Below are positions 46,634 through 55,202 of a DNA stretch of 64,000 bases, one piece after another. Position 1 is the stretch's first letter; each line of letters opens with the position of its first letter. The DNA is from Thermoproteota archaeon (GTDB lineage: Archaea > Korarchaeota > Korarchaeia > Korarchaeales > Korarchaeaceae): the NCBI GenBank assembly GCA_027492205.1, contig JAOZFN010000017.1, positions 1 to 64,000 on the forward strand, written 5' to 3'. Below the pieces are notes generated by a model. That model worked only from the letters and a program-made list of their open reading frames with translations, was not told the DNA's origin and made no database searches. The translations under genes were made by a program, and so were the position numbers.

Positions 46634-47230
46634 TCCCCGGATCGGAGCCCAGATCACCCCTTCCGCGTGCGGAACCTCCCTGCGTCGGGCCAGAACCAAC
46701 CTTACCGGCTCTACGGACGCCCCTTCCGGCCGCGTGGAAGGGAACCTCCGCCCTCCTCAGGTCCCACGTGCCTGTCGCTGAACGTCCCCTCCACCGCCCC
46801 GGCCCCGACCACATCGGCCAGTACGAGGGTCATCGCGTCCCACCTGAACGGTCTGGTGCACCCTGCACTCCACCACCCCGAGGGCGTTGTCAAGGGCCGG
46901 CGCGCTCACTTCTCTGGCCCGAGCCGCCCTCCAGCCGACGACCGAGAGCTTGTCCACATCCCTCCCGCTCACCGAGCTCAGGTAGAGGATCTCGTCCACC
47001 TGATCCACGGAGAGAACTCGCAGCGTGAACTCCCCTCGCTCCAGCAGAAGCCCGCGGGTGCAGGACTCCTCGCTCAGGGCAATCGCCACGACCGGCGGCC
47101 CGTCGGACACCGGCGTCACCCACGAGGCCGGCGCGAAGCTGTACTCTCCATCGATGTCTCCGGCTCCCACCAGGACCACAGGCCTCGGGTGCAGCATCCT
47201 CCAGGAGACCTCTGGATCGACCTCCCTCAC
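46587..47230 (-). pseudogene. Flavin reductase (DIM6/NTAB-like) with two C-terminal frameshifts
   Basis: LHPRPVVLV...SGRDVDK...VECRV in one frame; DAMTLVLADVV in a second; WDLRRAEVPFHAAG in a third; 3' end approximate. Confidence 0.65.
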
Positions 47231-47434
47231 GGCCGCTCCCTGGAGGTTCCCCTCTAGCTACAGTTTAGCGACGCGCCTCGCCAGCAGGGGGCGGGTGAAG
47301 CCGGAGGATGAGCCGACACCATGGCACCAGCGGGGAGCTGCCCCCGGAGGCGGTGACCGAGTGGTCCTCCGGCGACCCCCATCTCCCCAGATTCCGCAGC
47401 GTTCTAGTCTCCGTCTCTAGGCCCTATGCGCGGA

Positions 47435-48133
47435 TCACTCCCTGAGGGGCATCATGACGTCTGGCCTGTTCGAGGCCACCCCGTCGGCCCCCCTCCTCTT
47501 GAGTTCCCTCGCCGTCTCGAGGTCGTCCACGGTCCACGGGACGACCCTCAGCCTCATCCTGTGGGCGAAGGCGATGGCCTTCCCTGTGGCGAGGCGGTAG
47601 TACGGCAGGACGAACTCGCAGCCGAGCTTCTTGGCCCCGACAATCCCGTCGGAGGGCTTGAAGTAGATCAGCCCAATGTGTGCCCCCTCTTCCTCGGCCC
47701 TCACATGTGAAAGGGCGATCTCACTGAAGGAGATGAACAGGACCTCGTCCAGCATCCCCACATCCCTGACCAGCTTCAGGGACGGCAGCGCCGCCTCATC
47801 CACCTTCAGCTCCACGAACAGAATCGCCCTGCCCCTGACCTCGTCGAGGACCTCTTCGAGGGTCGGGATCCTCTCGCCCTGACCGGCGTCAAGCCTTCTC
47901 AGCTCCTCAAGCGTCATCTCCGCCACCTTCCCGGCGCCGTCGGTGGTCCTGTCGACTGTCTCGTCGTGAATGACCACGGGAACCCCGTCGGCCGAGAGCC
48001 TGACGTCGACCTCCACGGCGTCCGCGCCGATCTCCAGGGCCCTCCTGACCGCTCTCACGGTGTTCTCGGGCTCGTAGGCGCTCGCTCCCCGGTGGGCTAC
48101 CACGAAGAACTTGGCCTCCTCGAGCATGAACAC
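47435..48133 (-). CDS. Glycerophosphodiester phosphodiesterase
   Basis: AHRGAS...PENT...EVDVRLSADG...HDETVDRTT...IPTLEEVL...WTVD. Confidence 0.92.
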   Translation of the reverse strand: MFMLEEAKFFVVAHRGASAYEPENTVRAVRRALEIGADAVEVDVRLSADGVPVVIHDETVDRTTDGAGKVAEMTLEELRRLDAGQGERIPTLEEVLDEVRGRAILFVELKVDEAALPSLKLVRDVGMLDEVLFISFSEIALSHVRAEEEGAHIGLIYFKPSDGIVGAKKLGCEFVLPYYRLATGKAIAFAHRMRLRVVPWTVDDLETARELKRRGADGVASNRPDVMMPLRE

Positions 48134-48178
48134 TCGCGACGCCCCCCGGAGAGACCAGAAAAACGTGAGGTCGCCCCC

Positions 48179-48526
48179 TCACCTGACCGGGATCACCCTT
48201 CCCGCGCGCCTGAGCCAGTCAAGCCCATCGGGGGGGGCTACGTGTATCTCCAAGGGGGCGGCCAGGTCTCCCAGCCTCGAGAAAATCTCCACCCTCAGCT
48301 CAGCCAGCTTGCCCAGCTTCGTTGGAAGCCCTGTCAGAGATCACGAGGACGCCGATGTCGCTCGCCCCAGGAATAGCCCTTCCCCGACCGCCGAGCCGAA
48401 AAGGAACACCCTGACGTTTGGGTAACCAAGAAGATCCCGAGCGATTTCCGCTATTCGAGACGCGTACTCCATGGGACGCTGAAAGTACTCCCTCTCCTTC
48501 TCGACGATCTCTCTCTGTAGATCCAT
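48179..48526 (-). pseudogene. Frameshifted MNT nucleotidyltransferase
   Basis: VFLFGSAV, then ASDIGVLVISD and LRVEIF...PLEIHVA in different frames. Confidence 0.7.
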
Positions 48527-48680
48527 CAGGGTTTTTTAGGCACCTCCTCATCCCCTCCAGTAGCTCCTCGTAGGCGCTCAACATATCCCTGACCTCGACA
48601 TCCTGCCTGGCATTCCTGTAGGAGCTGTCTGCTCTTCCTGAGGAACTCGAACTCAGGCACTCCTTCCCTCCTTCCTCCAT
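48510..48680 (-). pseudogene. Possible HEPN C-terminal remnant
   Basis: ...EVRDMLSAYEELLE helix directly upstream of the MNT relic; weak similarity only. Confidence 0.35.
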
Positions 48681-48767
48681 TATTCTGGATTCGCTATAAC
48701 CATGCCCTTCAGCCCACCCCTCCAGCCCCGGGGAAGTCGGCGCGTGGCGTTCCCGGGTGGAGGTTCC

Positions 48768-49478
48768 TTAGATGCCCAGGTAGTGCTCTCTCACCTTCTT
48801 GTTGCTCGCGACCTCCTCGGAGGTCCCGCTCAGCACTATCCTCCCGTTCTCCAGGACGTACGCCCTGTCGCTGACCCTGAGGGCGACGGGCACGTGCTGC
48901 TCCACCAGGAGTATCGTGACCCCCCTCTCCCTGAGCCTCTGTATCGACCGGAAGACCTTCGACACCAGGATCGGAGCGAGGCCCATGGAGGGCTCGTCGA
49001 GCATCAGCAGCCGCGGGTTGGTGATCATGGCCCTGGCGATGGCCAGCATCTGGGCCTCCCCCCCGCTGAGCGTCCTGGCGACCTGATCCCTCCGCTCCTT
49101 CAGCCTCGGGAAGAGGTCGAAGACCATCTCCAAGTTCTCCTCGAAGCTGTCCCTGCACCTCCTCATGTAAGAGGCCGCCATGAGGTTCTCGAGGACCGTC
49201 AGGTTCGGAAATATCCTCCTGCCCTCAGGTACGAGGGACATCCCCCTCTCCGCCAGCTCCCACGCGGGCAGCCCGGTCACGTCTTCCCCGTAGAAGGTTA
49301 TCCTCCCCGAGAGGGGGGTGAGTATGCCGGATACCGTGTGGAGGGTCGTGGTCTTGCCGGCACCGTTTGGTCCGATTATGCAGACGCTCTCCCCCTCTTC
49401 CACGTGGAACGAGACGTCCCAGAGGACCTGAACCTTCCCGTAGGCCACGTTGAGGTTCTGAACCTCCAGCGCCCTCAT
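48768..49478 (-). CDS. livF: Liv-type ABC transporter ATP-binding protein
   Basis: GPNGAGKTT, VPEGRRIF, LSGGEAQM, LDEPSMGLAP, VEQH. Confidence 0.9.
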   Translation of the reverse strand: MRALEVQNLNVAYGKVQVLWDVSFHVEEGESVCIIGPNGAGKTTTLHTVSGILTPLSGRITFYGEDVTGLPAWELAERGMSLVPEGRRIFPNLTVLENLMAASYMRRCRDSFEENLEMVFDLFPRLKERRDQVARTLSGGEAQMLAIARAMITNPRLLMLDEPSMGLAPILVSKVFRSIQRLRERGVTILLVEQHVPVALRVSDRAYVLENGRIVLSGTSEEVASNKKVREHYLGI

Positions 49479-50212
49479 ATCACCACCTCCGCTCCGAGGT
49501 AGGCCTCCACCACCTTGGGATCGTGGGCCACCTGCTCGGGCGGACCCTCAGCGATCTTCTCGCCGTAGTGGAGGACGACTATCCTGTCCGAGATCCCCAT
49601 CACGAACCTCATGACGTGCTCGACCACCCAGAGGGTGACCCCCATCTCCCTGTTCACCCTCCTCAGGAGCTCGATGAGGTCGTCCACCTCGCCAGGGTTG
49701 AGACCCGCGGCCGCCTCGTCCAGCAGCAGGAGCTTTGGATCCGTGGCCAGGGCCCTAGCAATGGCGGTCTGCTTGATCTGGACTATGTTGAGGTCCCTGC
49801 AGAGCCTGTCCCTCAGCCTGTCCAGGCCCATGAACTCGAGGATCTCCCTCACCCTCCTCTCGACTTCGGCCTCGTCGGAGAGGCGGTTGTACGCCCCGAC
49901 CCTGACGGCGTCCTCGACGGTCAGCCCCAGGAACGGCTTGACCACCTGGAACGTCCTGCTGATCCCCAGCTTGGCTATCTCGTGTGGTGGCCTTCCTGTG
50001 ATGTCCTCTCCGCGAAATATGACCTTCCCGGAGTCCGGAGGGTAGTATCCGGTGACCACGTTGAAGAGGGTTGTCTTCCCGGCCCCGTTGGGCCCTATCA
50101 TCCCGAGTATCTCCCCCTCGTACACGTCGACGTCCACGCGGTCCAGCGCCACAATGCCGCCGAACCTCTTGGTCACCCCCCTCACCCGGAGGAGGGCCTC
50201 AGCCTCTGTCAA
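49475..50212 (-). CDS. livG: Liv-type ABC transporter ATP-binding protein
   Basis: KRFGGIVAL, GPNGAGKTT, SRTFQ, LDEAAAGLN, VEHVM, EAYLG. Confidence 0.9.
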   Translation of the reverse strand: MTEAEALLRVRGVTKRFGGIVALDRVDVDVYEGEILGMIGPNGAGKTTLFNVVTGYYPPDSGKVIFRGEDITGRPPHEIAKLGISRTFQVVKPFLGLTVEDAVRVGAYNRLSDEAEVERRVREILEFMGLDRLRDRLCRDLNIVQIKQTAIARALATDPKLLLLDEAAAGLNPGEVDDLIELLRRVNREMGVTLWVVEHVMRFVMGISDRIVVLHYGEKIAEGPPEQVAHDPKVVEAYLGAEVVI

Positions 50213-50213
50213 C

Positions 50214-51212
50214 CTACCCACCTCCCGCCCGTCTCCTGAGCAGGGCCGCCCTGATCCGTCCGTAGAGCCTCTCGTAGGTCTCAGACAGGCCCTCCGGCTT
50301 AAGCAAAACAACGACCGTCAGTATCACGCCGTAGAAGATCAGGTGGATGCCGGGGATCCACCCCCCCAAGGTCGACCTGAGAAGCTCCGATATCGAGTAG
50401 ATGATGAAGGTGGTCGCGGGCAGGCTGTAGATGGACCCCACGCCCGCCCCGCCAACTATGCCGAGGATGGCGACCTGGAGGCTTGTCCAGGTGTCGAAGT
50501 GGTGCGGGTGCAGGTACCCGCTGATCAGGGCGAAGATCCCCCCTATGCAACCCGTGACGAAGGCGTAGATGAGCAGGGCCCTGAGCTTGTACTTCCTCAC
50601 GTCGATCCCCAGTATCTCGGCCGCCTCCTCGTTCTCCCTTATCGCCAGCAGGTAGTAGCCGGTCTTGCTCCTCCTGATCTTGACGTTCAGGAGCAGCACC
50701 ATGACCAGGACGGCCAGCAGGATGTAGTAGTACGGCGCATAGCCCCTGAACCTGAGGTAGTAGAGCTCGCCGTACCTGGCTGGCAGGTACCTCTCCTCCG
50801 GCCCTCCGACCCCCTCCCACACCAGGAAGAGCTTCTGCAGCACGACCACGCTGCTTATCGTCGCCAGGGCGTACCAGGCCTCCTTCAGCCCGAACCTGAA
50901 GGTCGGGTAGCCCACCAGGGCCGCGAAGCCCGCTGCAACCAGCCCTCCCAGCGGTATACCCACCCATGGGGTCACGTCGAGCCTCGTCAGCAGGGTCCCC
51001 ATCGTGTAGGCGCCCAGACCTATGTACGACGCGGCCGCCAGGTCCAGCTGACCGGCCAGGCCTCCGATCACGTTCCACGCCGTCACCAGAGTTGAGTAGT
51101 AGAGGATCCACGTTAGGAGGAGGACGTAGTAGTTGTTCATCCTGACCGCCAGTGGGAGGGCGGCCAGCATGGCCGTCAGCGCGACTATGGGCTTTAGGTC
51201 GGACGCCCTCAT
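50214..51212 (-). CDS. livM: Liv-type ABC transporter permease
   Basis: WNVIGGLAGQL...GLGAY...AIRENEEAA. Confidence 0.88.
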   Translation of the reverse strand: MRASDLKPIVALTAMLAALPLAVRMNNYYVLLLTWILYYSTLVTAWNVIGGLAGQLDLAAASYIGLGAYTMGTLLTRLDVTPWVGIPLGGLVAAGFAALVGYPTFRFGLKEAWYALATISSVVVLQKLFLVWEGVGGPEERYLPARYGELYYLRFRGYAPYYYILLAVLVMVLLLNVKIRRSKTGYYLLAIRENEEAAEILGIDVRKYKLRALLIYAFVTGCIGGIFALISGYLHPHHFDTWTSLQVAILGIVGGAGVGSIYSLPATTFIIYSISELLRSTLGGWIPGIHLIFYGVILTVVVLLKPEGLSETYERLYGRIRAALLRRRAGGG

Positions 51213-51214
51213 GG

Positions 51215-52078
51215 CTACCTCCTCCCAAAGAGGCCCCTCGGCTTGACCCAGAGGATCAGGATGAAGAGAGAGTACATCACCGCCAAGCTGGCCCTTGGAT
51301 CCCAGAACGTGATCTCCAGGGCCTCGACCATCCCCAGTATCAGGCCCGACAGGAGGACCCCGCTTACCCCTCCCAGCCCGGCCATGACGACTATTATCCA
51401 GCTTATCAGCCCCCAGGTGAGCCCGGACTCCGGGTTAACCTGCTGGAAGGTCATGATGAAGGCGGCGGCTATCCCGATTATCGCGCAGCCCAGGCCGAAG
51501 GCAAGCGCGAACATCCTCCTGACGTTGATCCCCAGGAGGGAGGCGGCCTGCATGTCGTCACTCGTGGCCCTCAGCGCGAGGCCCAGCCGGGTGTGCGTCA
51601 GGAACCAGTGGAGGGCCAGCATCGTGCCGACGCTTACCAGGGCTGCGGTCAGCCTCGATATGGGCACCACCACGGGCCCCAGGGTCACGCTCCCCCTCAG
51701 CACCTCGTACTGGAGGCCCCTTGGCTGGGCCCTCCACGCCGCCAGGGCGAGGTTCCTGAGGAGTACCATGAGCCCTATCGTGGCCGCTATCTGGGCCAGT
51801 GGGTAGGTGCCGACGATCCGGTCTATGACAAGCTTGTAGACTACTAGCCCGAAGACGAAGTAGATGGGCGCGACGATCAGGGATGTCAGGGAGCCGGGGA
51901 TCGCAAGGTAGAGGCTGATCCAGAAGACCAGGTACATAGCGATCATGACGAACTCGCCGTGGGCGAAGTTGATGATGTCCATGACGCCAAACTGCAGGGC
52001 GAGGCCCAGCGCGACGAGCGCGTAGACGCAGCCCATCAGGATTCCGTTCACTAGGTTCTGCAGGAGCAGCTCGAGCAA
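51215..52078 (-). CDS. livH: Liv-type ABC transporter permease
   Basis: YALVALGLALQFGVMDIINFAHGEF...TRLGLALRA...KPRGLFG. Confidence 0.9.
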   Translation of the reverse strand: MLELLLQNLVNGILMGCVYALVALGLALQFGVMDIINFAHGEFVMIAMYLVFWISLYLAIPGSLTSLIVAPIYFVFGLVVYKLVIDRIVGTYPLAQIAATIGLMVLLRNLALAAWRAQPRGLQYEVLRGSVTLGPVVVPISRLTAALVSVGTMLALHWFLTHTRLGLALRATSDDMQAASLLGINVRRMFALAFGLGCAIIGIAAAFIMTFQQVNPESGLTWGLISWIIVVMAGLGGVSGVLLSGLILGMVEALEITFWDPRASLAVMYSLFILILWVKPRGLFGRR

Positions 52079-52121
52079 GCTCTCACCTCCGGAAACGGGA
52101 AAAATTGTGGGGAGGGGGGCC

Positions 52122-53459
52122 CTACGGCTTGTACCCCGGTATCGGGAAGATGGGCTCGGCCTGGGCGTACTCGAACGGGTAGACCAGGACGGGCTCCCCG
52201 TTCTGAACCTGGAGGACCACGGCCATCGCGTAGATGTTGTCTCCGTTCGGGCCGAACTTGATGTGTCCGGACGGGTAGGTCTCCGCGGCGGGCCCGCTGG
52301 TTATGTCCAGGGCCAGGAAGGCCTGCCTCAGGTTGTCGGGGTTCAGCGGGTCCTCCGGGAACATCTGGCCCGCCAGCTCGAGGGCCTCCTTGATGGTCCA
52401 GAGGGAGTAGAAGATTATCCCGCCAGCTTCCGTCGGGAGCTTCCCATACCTCTCCTGGAACTTCTGCACTATCTCCCGGTTGTACGGGGTGTTCAGGAAC
52501 GGGTTGTAGCTGTAGGTCTGGGTGAATCCCTCAACGGCCGACCCTGCCGCGCTTATGGAGTCCGGATCGCAGTAGCCGCACCCTCCTGCCCCGGCGACTA
52601 TCATGGGCTTGTAGCCCACCTCCTCCATGGTCGTGGCGATGAGCACGCCGTCGGAGAAGTAGGGCACGGAGATCACAACGTCCGGGTCGAGCTCCATGAG
52701 CCTGCTGACTATCGGGGAGGCGTCGGCTATGTCGTACGGATACTCTATCTGGTCTAGGACCGTCAGGCCGAGGCCTAGCGCCTCGTGATAGGCTCCCAGG
52801 GCCGTGTACCTCCCGAAGACCGAGTCCTCGTTGATGATGACAACCGTCTTGATATCGATCCCCTTTCTCTGGGCAGTCTCGTAAACGAAGTCCATCGCGG
52901 TCTTGCCGTGGATGGACGTCTTCGGGCAGGCCCTGAAGAAGTACTTCCAGCCCTTCTCGCTGAGGAAGTCCACGAGGGCGTCAGCCACCAGTATGACCTT
53001 CTCGCGCTCTGTCACCTCAGCCATGGCCGCCGTGTGCCTGCTGATGTAGGCGCCGATTATGATCGGCGGGTGATACTGGGAGATCAGCTTCTCCGCCGCG
53101 AGCTTCGCCCCCTCGATGCTGTCCTTGGAATCCTCCACAACCAGCTTGAGCTTGGCGCCGCCCAGGGACTTTATTCCCCCCTTGGCGTTGATGTCCTCTA
53201 TGATCAGCTCGGCGGCCTGCTTTGCCTCGATCCCGAAGATGGAGTGGGTCCCACTGAGGGGCTCCACCATCCCTATGACGATCTCCTCTATCTTGGGGGC
53301 CGGCGGTGCTGTCGTCGGGGGTGCGGTCGTCGGGGCAGGAGTTGGCGAGGGAGTTGGGGCCGGCTTCCGCATGTAGAAGGCGGCTAGGGCAACGAGGAGT
53401 ATCAGAACAATCAGGGCCCCCACGAGGATGGTTCTACCGATCCCGGGTCGCCTCCGCAT
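52122..53459 (-). CDS. Liv-type ABC transporter substrate-binding protein
   Basis: N-terminal TM helix plus Pro/Thr linker; PLSG...INAKGGIKSLGGAKL; IKFGPNGDN. Confidence 0.9.
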   Translation of the reverse strand: MRRRPGIGRTILVGALIVLILLVALAAFYMRKPAPTPSPTPAPTTAPPTTAPPAPKIEEIVIGMVEPLSGTHSIFGIEAKQAAELIIEDINAKGGIKSLGGAKLKLVVEDSKDSIEGAKLAAEKLISQYHPPIIIGAYISRHTAAMAEVTEREKVILVADALVDFLSEKGWKYFFRACPKTSIHGKTAMDFVYETAQRKGIDIKTVVIINEDSVFGRYTALGAYHEALGLGLTVLDQIEYPYDIADASPIVSRLMELDPDVVISVPYFSDGVLIATTMEEVGYKPMIVAGAGGCGYCDPDSISAAGSAVEGFTQTYSYNPFLNTPYNREIVQKFQERYGKLPTEAGGIIFYSLWTIKEALELAGQMFPEDPLNPDNLRQAFLALDITSGPAAETYPSGHIKFGPNGDNIYAMAVVLQVQNGEPVLVYPFEYAQAEPIFPIPGYKP

Positions 53460-53485
53460 GTTGAATTTTCTTGAAGGTCAGAATC

Positions 53486-53497
53486 TAATAAACTTTC
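53486..53497 (-). promoter_or_regulatory. BRE/TATA of the ABC transporter operon
   Basis: GAAAGTTTATTA on the minus strand, 27-38 nt upstream of ATG 53459. Confidence 0.55.
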
Positions 53498-53785
53498 ACG
53501 GCTATCGGAGTCCATAGTTGTCTATACGGGGTGGAATCGCCAATATTTCGATGACATTTATGACTCAAGGAGGAATTTCGGTTAAATAGATCATCCATCA
53601 GGTTCAACAGGTACACTGGTGGCGCTGTTTAGCCGGAGACAGGAAAACTGTGGGAGGGCGAACCCGGCCAGCGTCGGGTGGAAATCTCCTTGGCGCGATC
53701 CGCCGGCCTGACCGCATTTCCCGAGCAGCCCCTCGTGTGAAAGTGCGCGGGAGGTCGACCGGGGTGACAGGCCGGAGGTCGAGCC

Positions 53786-55141
53786 CTAAGCTGACCCCCT
53801 GGGTATCCAAGCCCCGCCGGGGGTCTCCCTGACGACCCGTCCCTCGCGGGCGACGACGGTCCCCCTCAGCACCGTGTAGACCACCCTGCCCCTCAGCCTC
53901 CAGCCGTTAAATGGGGTGAGTGGATGCTTGGCGTACAGCTCCTCGGCACTCACCACCCACTCCCCCCTCGGATCCACGATCGTGAGGTCCCCGTCGCTCC
54001 CGACCGCTATCTCGCCCTTCCTGGGGTGCAGCCCGAAGAGCCTGGCCGGATTCCTGGACATGAGCTCCGGTATCTTGGTTATTGGAAGCCTCCCCCTGAG
54101 CGCCGCGTCTAACATTAGGGGGAGGAACGTCTGGACGGCCGGCACGCCCGAGGCGGCCGACATGATGTCTCCAGACTTCTCCTTGGCGGAGTGAGGGGCG
54201 TGGTCGGACCCCAGGGTCTGGAGGGTCCCGTCGTTGACGGCCCTCCAGAGTTCGGTCTGGTGCCTCGCCTCCCTGACGGGCGGATTCACCTTCATCAGGG
54301 CGCCGTACCTGGGGTAGTCGCCGGCCGAAAGAAGCAGGTAGTGCGGGCAGGTCTCCCCGTGGAGGTCGACCCCGAGGGCCCTGGCCCTCCTAATCGCGTC
54401 AGCCGCCTCTGCCGCCGCCACGTGGACGATCAGGGCCCTGCCCCCGGCCCTTCGCGCAAGGAGCGCGATCCTCTGAACGGCCTCCTCCTCGCAGACCGGC
54501 GGCCTGGATCTCAGGTGTGCCAGCGGATCCCGCCCCCCCGAGGACCTGACTCTCTCGGTGAACCTCCTCACCAAGTCCCAGTTCTCCCCGTGGAACGCCA
54601 CGGTGAAGCCGAGCCTCGAGGACTTCTCAAGCGCCTCGTAGATGGCCCCGTCGCCCGGCGGGGGGATGTTCCCGGTGGTGGGACCTAGGAAGGCCTTGAA
54701 GCCCACGGCGCCCGCCTCAAGCATGCCCTCGAGTTCGTCTAGGTTCTCGTCGTGGAGGACCCCAAGCAGGGCGAAGTCCACGTGCGCCTTCCCCGACAGG
54801 AGGCTCGCCTTGCTCCTCAGCTTGCCCGGGTCCTCGACCGGTGGGAGGGTGTTGGGCATCTCCACGACCGTCGTCACGCCGCCGGCCGCGGCTGCCATCG
54901 TCCCGTGGGTGAAGTCGTCCTTGTACTCCAGCCCGGGCTCCCTCATGTGAACGTGCTCGTCGACGATGCCGGGGAGGACGAGCATTCCAGAGGCATCAAG
55001 GACCTCGTGTCCGGACGACCTGAGCCCCCTGCCCACCCGAACTATCACGCCGTCCTCGATCATGACGTCGGCCTCTCTGGCCCCCTCCGGCGTTACGAGC
55101 GTGCCCCCCCTGACCAGGAGGTCGCCGCCAGGCAATTCCAT
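53786..55141 (-). CDS. Cyclic amidohydrolase (allantoinase/dihydroorotase family)
   Basis: DEHVHMREPG, GGVTTVVEMPN, GFKAF, HGEN, ETCPHYL, KVNPP, SDHAPH. Confidence 0.88.
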   Translation of the reverse strand: MELPGGDLLVRGGTLVTPEGAREADVMIEDGVIVRVGRGLRSSGHEVLDASGMLVLPGIVDEHVHMREPGLEYKDDFTHGTMAAAAGGVTTVVEMPNTLPPVEDPGKLRSKASLLSGKAHVDFALLGVLHDENLDELEGMLEAGAVGFKAFLGPTTGNIPPPGDGAIYEALEKSSRLGFTVAFHGENWDLVRRFTERVRSSGGRDPLAHLRSRPPVCEEEAVQRIALLARRAGGRALIVHVAAAEAADAIRRARALGVDLHGETCPHYLLLSAGDYPRYGALMKVNPPVREARHQTELWRAVNDGTLQTLGSDHAPHSAKEKSGDIMSAASGVPAVQTFLPLMLDAALRGRLPITKIPELMSRNPARLFGLHPRKGEIAVGSDGDLTIVDPRGEWVVSAEELYAKHPLTPFNGWRLRGRVVYTVLRGTVVAREGRVVRETPGGAWIPRGSA

Positions 55142-55202
55142 CCCTCCGTCAGTCTATCGGAGGTGACCAAGGCTTAATTTAGAGCCTTCTCTCGATCGGC
55201 TC

